In this document: positions 15,632 through 24,148 of the stretch, piece after piece | Position numbering within the stretch: position 1 is the stretch's first letter | Layout of the letters: each line of letters begins with the position of its first letter | DNA from: a virus | Lineage: Duplodnaviria > Caudoviricetes | Direction: 5' to 3' (one strand) | Virus record (IMG/VR): IMGVR_UViG_3300035670_000471 | Span: 1 to 42,430 of that record | DNA: 42,430 nucleotides | Program-made: the position numbers and the translations under genes | The notes under the pieces: model-generated | What the model was told of the DNA's origin: nothing | Databases searched by the model: none | The model's input: only the letters and a program-made list of their open reading frames with translations

Positions 15632-15918
15632 AGCGCATCACCATCACCCTGGGCCTGCTCGGCCTGCTCACCGCTGCGCAGCACGCCGTTGCCGCGAACA
15701 TCGCCTACCTGCACAACAACGCCGGCGGCCTCATCGTTCTGACCGATGAGCGTCGCGAGTGCCCGCAGGGCTACGCCCACGCCTTCGCCACCGGCGAGCC
15801 GGACCGGCGCCTAGATGGCTGCTCGGGAATCGGCGACACCCACGTCGTCGTGTTCTGGTTCCTGCACGGGTCTGAGGCGTACCCGATCACCGACTTCACC
15901 AAGTTCACGAGGATCTGA
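15628..15918 (+). CDS. Hypothetical exported protein
   Basis: Sec-type signal peptide ending AVA-A; GGAGG RBS; two Cys in the mature part. Confidence 0.75.
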   Translation: MKRITITLGLLGLLTAAQHAVAANIAYLHNNAGGLIVLTDERRECPQGYAHAFATGEPDRRLDGCSGIGDTHVVVFWFLHGSEAYPITDFTKFTRI

Positions 15919-15920
15919 CT

Positions 15921-16148
15921 GTGGACCGCAATACTATCAAAGCACTGTTTGGCTGGGCTGAGGCGAACGAGCGCATGCTTGACGACATCGTCGACATCGT
16001 CGGTGAGGCGGTGCGTCTTGACCGCCAGCAGCAGCGCCAGCAGCTCGACGAGGAGTGGGCGCAGCTGCGCGCCCTGAAGATCCAGCTCGAGGCCGACGCC
16101 GCAGCCCGTGGCCTGCGCCTGCCGCACATGGAGCCGACGCAGCGATGA
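15921..16148 (+). CDS. Hypothetical protein
   Basis: GAGGA RBS, GTG start, ATGA overlap with next gene. Confidence 0.65.
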   Translation: MDRNTIKALFGWAEANERMLDDIVDIVGEAVRLDRQQQRQQLDEEWAQLRALKIQLEADAAARGLRLPHMEPTQR

Positions 16149-16540
16149 CAGGCAAGCCTTACCAACCACGCCCGCACATCGCCAAGGCGTTCGACGAGTT
16201 CGAGGAGCTGATCGGCATGCCGCTGCGGCGCTGGCTGTTCCAGCACACCCAGGAGGGCTACAGCGTGCGCTGGATGGCCGACAAGATCGGCGTCAGCACG
16301 CGCCCTGTGCAGCGTCTGCTCAAGGTGTGGGAGATCCGCCCCGTGCATCGCCACCGCGGACTGCGACCCCACCGGCCCAACGGCCCGCTGGGCTACGCCC
16401 TGATGGCCAGGCTGCGCATGGACGGCTACCCGGACCGCAACCTCTACGACCGTGTCCACCTGCGCGTCATGCGCGGCACGCCCTACCCGGTGGCGCTGCA
16501 ACAGGCCCTGCAGGTCAAACCAAGGAACTACACCCGATGA
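16145..16540 (+). CDS. Hypothetical HTH-containing protein
   Basis: GYSVRWMADKIGVSTRPVQRLL HTH-like; coupled start. Confidence 0.7.
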   Translation: MTGKPYQPRPHIAKAFDEFEELIGMPLRRWLFQHTQEGYSVRWMADKIGVSTRPVQRLLKVWEIRPVHRHRGLRPHRPNGPLGYALMARLRMDGYPDRNLYDRVHLRVMRGTPYPVALQQALQVKPRNYTR

Positions 16541-16695
16541 CCGACGACCCCATCGCCGCCGTGAAGGCGGCCGAGATCCTTGCCCGCATCTACGGCCGGG
16601 CCTACGCCATCGTGCGCCGAGGCGACCGGCTGAAGATCACCCGGCGATTCACCGCCACCAGCCCCAACGTGCTTGAAATCGTGCGACCCGTGTGA
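16537..16695 (+). CDS. Hypothetical protein (52 aa)
   Basis: ATGA overlap; AAGGA RBS. Confidence 0.65.
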   Translation: MTDDPIAAVKAAEILARIYGRAYAIVRRGDRLKITRRFTATSPNVLEIVRPV

Positions 16696-16743
16696 GACGC
16701 TGACCTCATCGCTCCCAGGTGCTGAACGGTGCCTGTTTCCCTC

Positions 16744-16768
16744 ACCCCGCTTCGGCGGGGTTCTTTTT
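16744..16768 (+). terminator. Intrinsic terminator ending the accessory operon
   Basis: ACCCCGC-TTCG-GCGGGGT-TCTTTTT. Confidence 0.85.
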
Positions 16769-16771
16769 GCG

Positions 16772-16804
16772 GGTGTGCATAGTGTGCTGACATCGGTGCA
16801 GCAT
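16772..16804 (+). promoter_or_regulatory. Late-promoter motif copy 1 (terS)
   Basis: GGTGTGCATA-N17-CAGCAT-N7-ATG. Confidence 0.7.
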
Positions 16805-16811
16805 CAGCGGC

Positions 16812-17234
16812 ATGACCGTATTCTCTGAAAAGCTCAAGCTCGTTTTCCTCGACACGCTGCGCCGGACGTGCAACGTCACGCTCGCGTGCCAGGCGTGCGA
16901 CATCAGCTCCAGCACCGCCTACCACCACCGCAAGGAGGACATCATCTTCCAGGAGCGCTGGGACGAGGCGCTGCAGGAGGGCATCGACCTGCTCGAGGCC
17001 AAGGCCCACGAGCGCGCGTTCGAGGGCACCACCGAGCCGGTGTTCTGGCAAGGCAACGAGGTCGGCTACGTCAAGAAGTACAGCGACGCGCTGACCATGT
17101 TCCTGCTCAAGGCGCACCGGCCGGACAAGTACCGCGAACGCAGCCAGGTCGACCAGAACGTCAGCGGTGGCATGCAGCTCATCGTCGAGACCGGCGTGCC
17201 TGTGAAGTCGACGCCCACGGACGATCTGCTTTGA
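16812..17234 (+). CDS. terS: Terminase small subunit
   Basis: FLDTL..TCNVTLAC...F.ERWDEA...YSDALTMFLLKAHRPDKYRE pattern; immediately upstream of TerL. Confidence 0.85.
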   Translation: MTVFSEKLKLVFLDTLRRTCNVTLACQACDISSSTAYHHRKEDIIFQERWDEALQEGIDLLEAKAHERAFEGTTEPVFWQGNEVGYVKKYSDALTMFLLKAHRPDKYRERSQVDQNVSGGMQLIVETGVPVKSTPTDDLL

Positions 17235-18547
17235 CCGCCAAGCTCAACCTCGGGTACTTCCCGCGCGACTGGCAACGCGAGTGCCATCTCAACATGGCGC
17301 GCTTCACCGTGCTGGCGCTGCACCGCCGAGCCGGCAAGACCGAGCTGGCCATCGCGCAGCTGGTACATGCGGCCCTCGACTTCAAACTCGACCTGGGCCT
17401 GTTCGTGTACGTCGCGCCGTTCCTCAAGCAGGCCAAGGCCATCGCCTGGGCCCGCCTCAAGGCACGCGTCGAGCCGCTGCGCCGCTACGGCATGGTGGAG
17501 GTCAACGAGTCGGAACTGTGGGTCCGGTTCACACACAACAAGGCGGTGATCCGCATTCTGGGCGCCGACAACCCGGACAGCATCCGTGGCGTGCGCCTCG
17601 ACGGCTGCGTCATCGACGAGGTCGCCCAGGTCAAGCCGGATCTGTGGGTCGAGATCATCCAGCCGGCACTGTCCGACCGCAAGGGCTGGGCCGTGTTCAT
17701 CGGCACGCCCAAGGGCGTCAACCTGTTCAGCGAGCTGTTCTACCGTGCGCAGGAGCTGCCGGACTGGTACGCCGCGCGTTACACCGTCTACGACACGCAA
17801 GCGCTGGACCCCGAGGAAGTGGAGCGCCTGCGCAAGGACATGACCGAGGACGCGTTCGCGCGCGAGTTCCTGTGCAGCTTCGAGGCCGCCGGCGATGACC
17901 AGCTCATCAGCCTGGCGGACGTGGACCAAGCGGTCCACCGCAGCATGCGTCGCACCGACTACGAGTTCGCGCCGCGCATCCTGGGCATCGACCCGGCACG
18001 TTTCGGCGACGACCGCTCGGTGATCTTCCCACGCCAGGGCCTGTTCGCGGGCGAGCCCCAAGTGTTCCGTGGCATCGACAACATGGAGCTGGCCGGGCGC
18101 GTCGCGCTCAAGATCGACGAGTGGAAGCCTGACGCAGTGTTCGTCGACGCGGGCAACGGCGGCGGCGTCATCGACCGCCTCCGGCAGCTGGGCTACACCG
18201 TGATCGAGGTGAACTTCGGCGGCCGGCCTATTGACCCTGGCTACGTCAACAAGCGCGCCGAGATGTGGTTCGGCATGCGCGAGTGGCTGAAGAACGGCGG
18301 CAAGATCCCCAACAACATCAGCCTGCGCCAGGATCTCGCGGCGCCGACCTACTGGTTCGACGCCAGCAACCGGATCCAGCTCGAGCCCAAGGACGACATC
18401 AAGAAGCGCGGCCTCCCGTCTCCGGACCTCGGCGACGCGCTGGCTCTGACCTTCGCGCAGCCGGTTGCGCGCAAGGAGCTGGGCATCGGTGTGCATATGC
18501 AGCAGCCGACCACCTACGATCCCTACCAATCACTCAAGACACGGTGA
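17231..18547 (+). CDS. terL: Terminase large subunit
   Basis: HRRAGKT Walker A, CVIDE Walker B, IGTPKG, nuclease LGIDPARFGDD, SPDLGDALALTFA; TTG start overlapping the terS stop. Confidence 0.95.
   Translation: MTAKLNLGYFPRDWQRECHLNMARFTVLALHRRAGKTELAIAQLVHAALDFKLDLGLFVYVAPFLKQAKAIAWARLKARVEPLRRYGMVEVNESELWVRFTHNKAVIRILGADNPDSIRGVRLDGCVIDEVAQVKPDLWVEIIQPALSDRKGWAVFIGTPKGVNLFSELFYRAQELPDWYAARYTVYDTQALDPEEVERLRKDMTEDAFAREFLCSFEAAGDDQLISLADVDQAVHRSMRRTDYEFAPRILGIDPARFGDDRSVIFPRQGLFAGEPQVFRGIDNMELAGRVALKIDEWKPDAVFVDAGNGGGVIDRLRQLGYTVIEVNFGGRPIDPGYVNKRAEMWFGMREWLKNGGKIPNNISLRQDLAAPTYWFDASNRIQLEPKDDIKKRGLPSPDLGDALALTFAQPVARKELGIGVHMQQPTTYDPYQSLKTR
18488..18520 (+). promoter_or_regulatory. Late-promoter motif copy 2 (inside terL 3' end)
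   Basis: GGTGTGCATA-N17-TACGAT. Confidence 0.65.
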
Positions 18548-18552
18548 CGCTC

Positions 18553-18765
18553 ATGTGCAGCAAGCCCAAGAAGCCCAAGGCCCCGCCACCCCCGCCGCCG
18601 CCACCTCCTCCCCCGCAGGAAGCCAAGGCGCCGGACAGCATCGACCCCAAGCGGCGCAACCGCTCGGCCGGCCGTAGCGGGTTCTCGTCCGTCGGCGGCA
18701 CGCTGCTGACCGGCCCCGCTGGCGTCGGTGGCACAACCACCGGCAAAACGATGTTGGGCGGCTGA
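18553..18765 (+). CDS. Small virion-associated protein (T7 gp6.7/7.3-like position)
   Basis: MCSKPK start, 11 consecutive Pro, GTLLTG, ends MLGG; lies between terL and portal. Confidence 0.75.
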   Translation: MCSKPKKPKAPPPPPPPPPPPQEAKAPDSIDPKRRNRSAGRSGFSSVGGTLLTGPAGVGGTTTGKTMLGG

Positions 18766-18767
18766 CC

Positions 18768-19112
18768 ATGTGCGGCACGCCGAGCCGGCGTCGCGGCATG
18801 CTGATCGGTGACGGCAAGCAGAACCGCGAGCGCACGCAGGCCGAGCTGGACGCCGCCTACAAGTCGGGCGCGCGGATCAGCCGTGGCGAGGAAGTGCCCT
18901 GGGCCATCACCTCGGAAGGCCGCAAGGCGAACCAGGGCGGCGGCCAGGGCGCGCTCGCCGGTGGTGGCGCCAACCCGTCCGTGCTCGGCGGAGCTACCGC
19001 TGCGGACAGCGGCACGAGCGCCATCACGGCACGCCGCAAGCAACTGACCAGCGACATGGGCCGCTTCGGCAGCGCCATGCCAGCGGGCCAGAACTCATTA
19101 CTCGGAGGTTGA
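18768..19112 (+). CDS. Small virion-associated protein
   Basis: MCG start, Gly/Ala-rich, ends SLLGG. Confidence 0.7.
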   Translation: MCGTPSRRRGMLIGDGKQNRERTQAELDAAYKSGARISRGEEVPWAITSEGRKANQGGGQGALAGGGANPSVLGGATAADSGTSAITARRKQLTSDMGRFGSAMPAGQNSLLGG

Positions 19113-19618
19113 CCGTGCGCTACGAGATGGCGGGTCAAGTTTTCGGTCGACTGACTGTGATCGAACAGGCAGGCAAGTACCGCACCGAATGCACTTGGAC
19201 GTGCATTTGCGATTGCGGGAATACGACCGTGACAACCGGCTATCGGCTGCGCTCAGGTGCGACCAAGTCGTGCGGGTGCCTGCACCGTGAGGTGACTTCG
19301 AAGGTCTACTCGAATCTGACCAAGTCTCACGGCATGACCAAGTCTCGCGAGTACAAGAGCTGGACTCAGATGATTCAGCGTTGCACCAACCCGAACCACC
19401 ACGCGTGGAAGAACTACGGCGGGCGCGGCATCAAGGTGTGCCGCGAGTGGCTGGACAGCTTCGAGCAGTTTTACGCGGACATGGGTGAACGGCCGGAAGG
19501 CATGTCCATCGACCGCATTGACAACAACGGCGACTACTGCGCCGCGAACTGCCGTTGGGCTACCCCCCGCATGCAGATCGCCAACCAGCGCAGGGCCAGC
19601 AAGAGGGCGTCGGCGTGA
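19109..19618 (+). CDS. HNH-family homing endonuclease
   Basis: GQVFGRLTV, CICDCG, TKSCGC, SHG, YGGRGIKVC, SIDRIDNNGDY...NCRWAT. Confidence 0.88.
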   Translation: MTVRYEMAGQVFGRLTVIEQAGKYRTECTWTCICDCGNTTVTTGYRLRSGATKSCGCLHREVTSKVYSNLTKSHGMTKSREYKSWTQMIQRCTNPNHHAWKNYGGRGIKVCREWLDSFEQFYADMGERPEGMSIDRIDNNGDYCAANCRWATPRMQIANQRRASKRASA

Positions 19619-21309
19619 ACTACTCGGCCGCAAGCAACCAGTGCAAAACCCGTTTCACGGCGCTCAAGAATGAGCGCTCAGAATGGGACGCGATGTGGAA
19701 GGACATGTCCGAGTATTACCTGCCGCGCTCGGGCCGATTCTTCACGTCTGACGTGAACAAAGGCGACAAGCGCTGGAACTCGATCTACGACAGCACCGGC
19801 ACCCGCGCGCTGCGCACCCTGTCCGCCGGCATGATGTCCGGCATGACCAGCCCGGCCCGTCCGTGGTTCCGTCTGGCGGTGCCGGACACCGAGCTGATGG
19901 AGTTCGCGCCGGTCAAGATCTGGCTCAACGAGGTGACCAAGCGCATGCGCGACGTGTTCGCGCGCAGCAACACCTACCGCTCACTGTCGACGGTCTACGA
20001 GGAGCTGGGCCTGTTCGGCACCGGCGCCTCGATTGTCGTGCCGGACTACCAGCACGTCATCCGCCACCAGACGCTGACCGCTGGCGAGTACGCCATCGCG
20101 ACCGACAACCGGCGTGAGGTTTGCACCCTTTACCGCGAGTGGGACATGACCGTCTCGCAGATCGTGCGCGAGTTCGGCCTCGAGAACTGCAGCCAGACCG
20201 TCAAGAACATGTACTCCAACGGCGGCAAGGGTCTCGACACCTGGATCACCGTCGTGCATGCCATCGAGCCGCGCTATGACCGCGACCTGCGCAAGCGCGA
20301 CAACAAGAACATGCCCTACAAGTCGGTCTACTTCGAGCAGGGCGCCAGCGATGGCGAGATCCTGCGCGAGTCCGGGTTCAAGGCGTTCCCCGGCCTGGTG
20401 CCGCGCTGGGCCACCGTGGGCAACGACATCTACGGCTGGTCGCCGGCCATGGAAGCGCTCGGCGACGTGAAGCAGCTGCAGCACGAGCAGCTGCGCAAGG
20501 CCGAGGCGATTGACTACATGACCAAGCCGCCGCTGGTGCTGCCCACGGCCATGATGAACCAGCAGGTCAACCGGTTCCCAGGCGGTGTGATGTTCGCCGA
20601 CCAGGCCAACCAGAACGCCATCCGCCCGGCCTACGAGGTCGGGCTGAACCTGCAGCACCTGCTGGTCGACATCCAGGACGTGCGCAGCCGCATCAACGGC
20701 GCGTTCTTCGCCGACCTGTTCCTCATGCTGGCCAACGACAACCGCTCCGGCACGACGGCGCGCGAGATCGCCGAGCGCCACGAGGAGAAGCTGCTCATGC
20801 TCGGCCCGGTGCTCGAGCGTCTGCACAACGAAATGCTGGACCCGCTCATCGACATCACGTTCACCAACCTGCTCGAGGGCGGCCTGCTGCCGCCGCCGCC
20901 GCAGGAGCTGCAGGGCATGGACCTCAACGTCGAGTTCGTGTCGACGCTGGCCCAGGCGCAGCGCGCTGTCGGTGTGCAGTCCATCGACCGCCTGCTCGGC
21001 ACCGTCGGCGCCGTGGCCAGCCTGCGCCCGGACGTGGTCGACAAGCTCGACGCCGATCAGATCATCGACGCCTACGCCGACAGCCTGGGCATCGACCCGA
21101 CGCTCATCGTGGCCGACGACAAGGTCGCCATGATCCGCGAGTCGCGTGCCCAGGCCGCGCAGGCGCAGCAGATGGCGGCCATGGCGCAGCCCATGCAGCA
21201 GATGTCGCAAGCGGCCAAGAACGTCAGCGACATCAATCTCACCGAGGACAACGCGCTGTCGAACATCATGTCGATGTTCCAGGGCTACAACTCACCGGCA
21301 GGTGTGTGA
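19615..21309 (+). CDS. Portal protein (T7-like head-tail connector family)
   Basis: LSAGMMSGMTSPARPWFRL; TAREIAERHEEKLLMLGPVLERL; ~564 aa after terL. Confidence 0.93.
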   Translation: MNYSAASNQCKTRFTALKNERSEWDAMWKDMSEYYLPRSGRFFTSDVNKGDKRWNSIYDSTGTRALRTLSAGMMSGMTSPARPWFRLAVPDTELMEFAPVKIWLNEVTKRMRDVFARSNTYRSLSTVYEELGLFGTGASIVVPDYQHVIRHQTLTAGEYAIATDNRREVCTLYREWDMTVSQIVREFGLENCSQTVKNMYSNGGKGLDTWITVVHAIEPRYDRDLRKRDNKNMPYKSVYFEQGASDGEILRESGFKAFPGLVPRWATVGNDIYGWSPAMEALGDVKQLQHEQLRKAEAIDYMTKPPLVLPTAMMNQQVNRFPGGVMFADQANQNAIRPAYEVGLNLQHLLVDIQDVRSRINGAFFADLFLMLANDNRSGTTAREIAERHEEKLLMLGPVLERLHNEMLDPLIDITFTNLLEGGLLPPPPQELQGMDLNVEFVSTLAQAQRAVGVQSIDRLLGTVGAVASLRPDVVDKLDADQIIDAYADSLGIDPTLIVADDKVAMIRESRAQAAQAQQMAAMAQPMQQMSQAAKNVSDINLTEDNALSNIMSMFQGYNSPAGV

Positions 21310-21419
21310 TGTCAAGACCTCCCTTAGACCCCGCCGGCTGGTTCTGCACTTTCGGCGGCATCCTGCTCATCGGCCTGGCCATCGTGGTCGGCGTGACTGG
21401 GGTGTGCATACCGTGCTGA
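21309..21419 (+). CDS. Possible small membrane peptide (36 aa)
   Basis: Read manually: MSRPPLDPAGWFCTFGGILLIGLAIVVGVTGVCIPC; TGATG coupling to portal. Confidence 0.5.
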   Translation: MSRPPLDPAGWFCTFGGILLIGLAIVVGVTGVCIPC

Positions 21420-21433
21420 CGCGCTGTTAGCGT
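21401..21433 (+). promoter_or_regulatory. Late-promoter motif copy 3 (head operon)
   Basis: GGTGTGCATA-N17-TAGCGT-N7-ATG. Confidence 0.72.
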
Positions 21434-21440
21434 CTGCACC

Positions 21441-21749
21441 ATGAACAAGCCCATTGATCCGCGCGATGTCCGCGCCCTCGAACGCCAACAGGCCGATCTC
21501 GCAAGCCGGCAGAAGCTGCTGCGCGATCAGCAGATCACCGATGTGCAATGGCTGATGGCGAACCCGGCAGGCCGCCGGATCATGGCCCGCCTGCTCGACA
21601 TGTCGGGCACGGCGCGCAACTCCTTCACCGGCAGCTCGACGACCTTCTACAACGAGGGCCGTCGGTCTGTCGGGGTTGAGCTGGAAGCGGAGATCCGCGA
21701 CCACGCTTTCGACAACTACATCGCAATGCTTCAGGAGCAACGCGCATGA
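21441..21749 (+). CDS. Conserved head-region protein (BPP-1 Bbp19-like)
   Basis: DVQWLM..PAGRRIM.RLL...SF......FYNEGRRSVG pattern; between portal and scaffold. Confidence 0.8.
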   Translation: MNKPIDPRDVRALERQQADLASRQKLLRDQQITDVQWLMANPAGRRIMARLLDMSGTARNSFTGSSTTFYNEGRRSVGVELEAEIRDHAFDNYIAMLQEQRA

Positions 21750-22363
21750 ACGAGGAATCGTTGCTGTCCGGCCAAGCCTCCACTGATGCCGGGACACAGC
21801 AGAACGCCGACCAGGGGCTCGCCCCTGCCGGTGAGCAGGGCCAGCAGGCCGCTGCCGAAGGGCAACAGGCACCCGCAGGTCAAGCCGAGGCACCGCAAGG
21901 CGCACCGGAAGCCTACGAGTTCCAGCTGCCCGAAGGCTACGAACTCAACGCCGAGATTGGCGAGGAGTTCTCTGCCTACGCCAAGGAGCTGAACCTCCCA
22001 CAAGACAAGGCGCAAGTCGCTGTCGACATGGGTGTGAAGCTGATCGAGAACTTCCAGGCCCGCCAGGCCGAGCAGTTCCAGCAGCAGCAGCAAAAGTGGC
22101 GTGACGAGGTGGTCAACGACAAGGAGATCGGCGGGCAGATGCTCAACGAGAACCTGTCCTATGCCGCCAAGGTGCTGGACACCTACGCGCCGGATCTGCG
22201 CCAGGTGCTGAACGAGACCGGAATGGGCAACCACCCGGCGTTCGTGAAAGCCTTTGTCAAGATCGGCAAAGCCATCAGCGAGGACCGCCTCGTCGGTGGC
22301 GCGCAGCAACAAGGGCAAGCGCCCAAGGATGCCGCGCAAGTGCTGTTTCCCAACATGAACTGA
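21746..22363 (+). CDS. Capsid scaffolding protein
   Basis: Acidic, Gln/Ala-rich; GAPEAYEF, GMGNHPAFVKAF.KIGKAISED; precedes the MCP. Confidence 0.8.
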   Translation: MNEESLLSGQASTDAGTQQNADQGLAPAGEQGQQAAAEGQQAPAGQAEAPQGAPEAYEFQLPEGYELNAEIGEEFSAYAKELNLPQDKAQVAVDMGVKLIENFQARQAEQFQQQQQKWRDEVVNDKEIGGQMLNENLSYAAKVLDTYAPDLRQVLNETGMGNHPAFVKAFVKIGKAISEDRLVGGAQQQGQAPKDAAQVLFPNMN

Positions 22364-22375
22364 TAGGAGGCCACC

Positions 22376-23374
22376 ATGGCAGCCCTTTCCACGATTCACC
22401 CCACGCTGCTTGACGTAACCAAGCGCCTGGACCCGAACGGCAAGATCGACAAGATCGTCGAGCTGCTTTCGCAAACCAACGAAGTCCTCGCCGACATGGT
22501 GTGGGTCGAAGGCAACCTGCCGACCGGCCACCGCACCACGATCCGCACCGGCCTGCCGGCGCCGACCTGGCGCAAGCTCTACGGCGGCGTGCAGCCGACC
22601 AAGTCGACCACCGTCCAGGTGACCGACAGCTGCGGCATGCTCGAAGCCTACGCCGAAGTCGACAAGGCCCTGGCTGACCTGAACGGCAACACCGCTGCGT
22701 TCCGTCTGTCGGAAGATCAGGCCCACATCGAGGGCATGAACCAGGAGTTCGTGCAAACCCTGTTCTACGGCAACGAAGGCACCGAGCCGGAAGCCTTCAC
22801 CGGCTTTGCTCCGCGCTTCAACGACCAGGCTGCTGCCAACGGCGAGAACATCCTCACCTCGGCTGCCACCCCGGACGCCAACGACAACGCCTCGATCTGG
22901 CTGATCGGCTGGGGCCAGAACACGGTCCACGGGATCTACCCGAAGGGCTCGGTCGGCGGTCTGCAGATGCAGGACAAGGGCCAGGTCACCATCGAGTCGG
23001 TCGACGGTGCCGGCGGTCGCATGGAAGCCTACCGCACCCACTACCGTTGGGATTGCGGTCTGACCGTGCGTGACTGGCGCTATGTCGTGCGCATCAACTT
23101 CGACCTCGAGGACGTGATCGCCACCGGTAACACCGGCCCGGTGCTCGCCGACCTGATGGCCAAGGCCCTGCGCCGCATCCCGTCGCTCGCCATGTGCAAG
23201 CCGTCGTTCTACTGCAACCGCGATGTGATGGATGCCATCGACCTGCAGGCGAACTACAAGTCCACGCTGGCCTACCAGACCATCGAGGACGCACAGGGCA
23301 AGTTCCTCACCAAGTTCCGTGGTGTGCCGATCCGTCGCGTCGACCAGCTGCTGTCGACCGAAGCTGGCATCTAA
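22376..23374 (+). CDS. Major capsid protein (BPP-1/epsilon15 type)
   Basis: AGGAGG RBS; EGNLPTGHRTTIRTGLP..TWRKLYGGV; C-terminal FRGVPIRRVDQLLSTEA. Confidence 0.93.
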   Translation: MAALSTIHPTLLDVTKRLDPNGKIDKIVELLSQTNEVLADMVWVEGNLPTGHRTTIRTGLPAPTWRKLYGGVQPTKSTTVQVTDSCGMLEAYAEVDKALADLNGNTAAFRLSEDQAHIEGMNQEFVQTLFYGNEGTEPEAFTGFAPRFNDQAAANGENILTSAATPDANDNASIWLIGWGQNTVHGIYPKGSVGGLQMQDKGQVTIESVDGAGGRMEAYRTHYRWDCGLTVRDWRYVVRINFDLEDVIATGNTGPVLADLMAKALRRIPSLAMCKPSFYCNRDVMDAIDLQANYKSTLAYQTIEDAQGKFLTKFRGVPIRRVDQLLSTEAGI

Positions 23375-23389
23375 CAGGAGATCATCGCC

Positions 23390-23860
23390 ATGATTATGGA
23401 TAAGCGCACTGAGTTTGCCGATGCCGTGTCCGTTGTGGGCACCGCCGGCACCACCATCAACGTGGGCAGTCAGATCGATCTGTCCGTCGCCCGTGACATC
23501 GGCGCCGGCCAGCCGCTCTACCTGGTCATCAACGTCGACACCGACATCATCACCGGCGGCGCGGCTGGCACCATCGCGTTCCAGCTGGTGTCGGACTCGA
23601 CCGACAGCATCGCCACCAACGGCACGCAGTCGATCCACTTCGTCACCAAGGCGTTCGTCACCGACGACGCTGCGCTGAACGAACTGGACTCGGGTGAAGT
23701 CGCCGCCGTCATCGCCCTGCCCATGGAAGGTGTCGCTTACGAGCGCTACCTGGGTGTGCAGGCCGTGATCGGCACGACCGACACCACTGCCGGCAAGATC
23801 AACGCGTTCCTGACGCACGATGTTGCCAAGTGGAAAGCCTACGCCGACGCCGTGAACTGA
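23390..23860 (+). CDS. Capsid cement/decoration protein (Bbp16-like)
   Basis: MIMD...F start, RDIGAGQPLYL, ERYLGV, TAGKINAFL; follows the MCP. Confidence 0.85.
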   Translation: MIMDKRTEFADAVSVVGTAGTTINVGSQIDLSVARDIGAGQPLYLVINVDTDIITGGAAGTIAFQLVSDSTDSIATNGTQSIHFVTKAFVTDDAALNELDSGEVAAVIALPMEGVAYERYLGVQAVIGTTDTTAGKINAFLTHDVAKWKAYADAVN

Positions 23861-23874
23861 TCGAGGGCTGACCC

Positions 23875-24087
23875 ATGAAGGTTCGAGCCACCGCCATCGG
23901 TTTCTACGAAGGCCGCCGCCGTTACCCTGGAGATACTTTCAAGGTACCGGACGGCGCCAAGGCCAAGTGGTTCGAGCCGGTGTCAGCACCGGTCGAGCCT
24001 GCGGTCGAGGCACCGGCCCCGCGCGCACCTCGCGCGAAGGCCAAGGCCGCACCGGCTGAGGAGCAAGGCGCGGGCGACCTGGTTTAA
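23875..24087 (+). CDS. Hypothetical small virion-associated protein
   Basis: MKVRATAIGFYEGRRRYPGDTF...WFEPV; GAGG RBS. Confidence 0.8.
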   Translation: MKVRATAIGFYEGRRRYPGDTFKVPDGAKAKWFEPVSAPVEPAVEAPAPRAPRAKAKAAPAEEQGAGDLV

Positions 24088-24110
24088 CCAGTAGCCCCGC
24101 AAACCTGGAG

Positions 24111-24138
24111 AGGGGCCGTAATGGCCCCTTTTCTTTTT
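24111..24138 (+). terminator. Intrinsic terminator after head genes
   Basis: AGGGGCC-GTAAT-GGCCCCT-TTTCTTTTT. Confidence 0.85.
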
Positions 24139-24148
24139 GGAGATCCCT

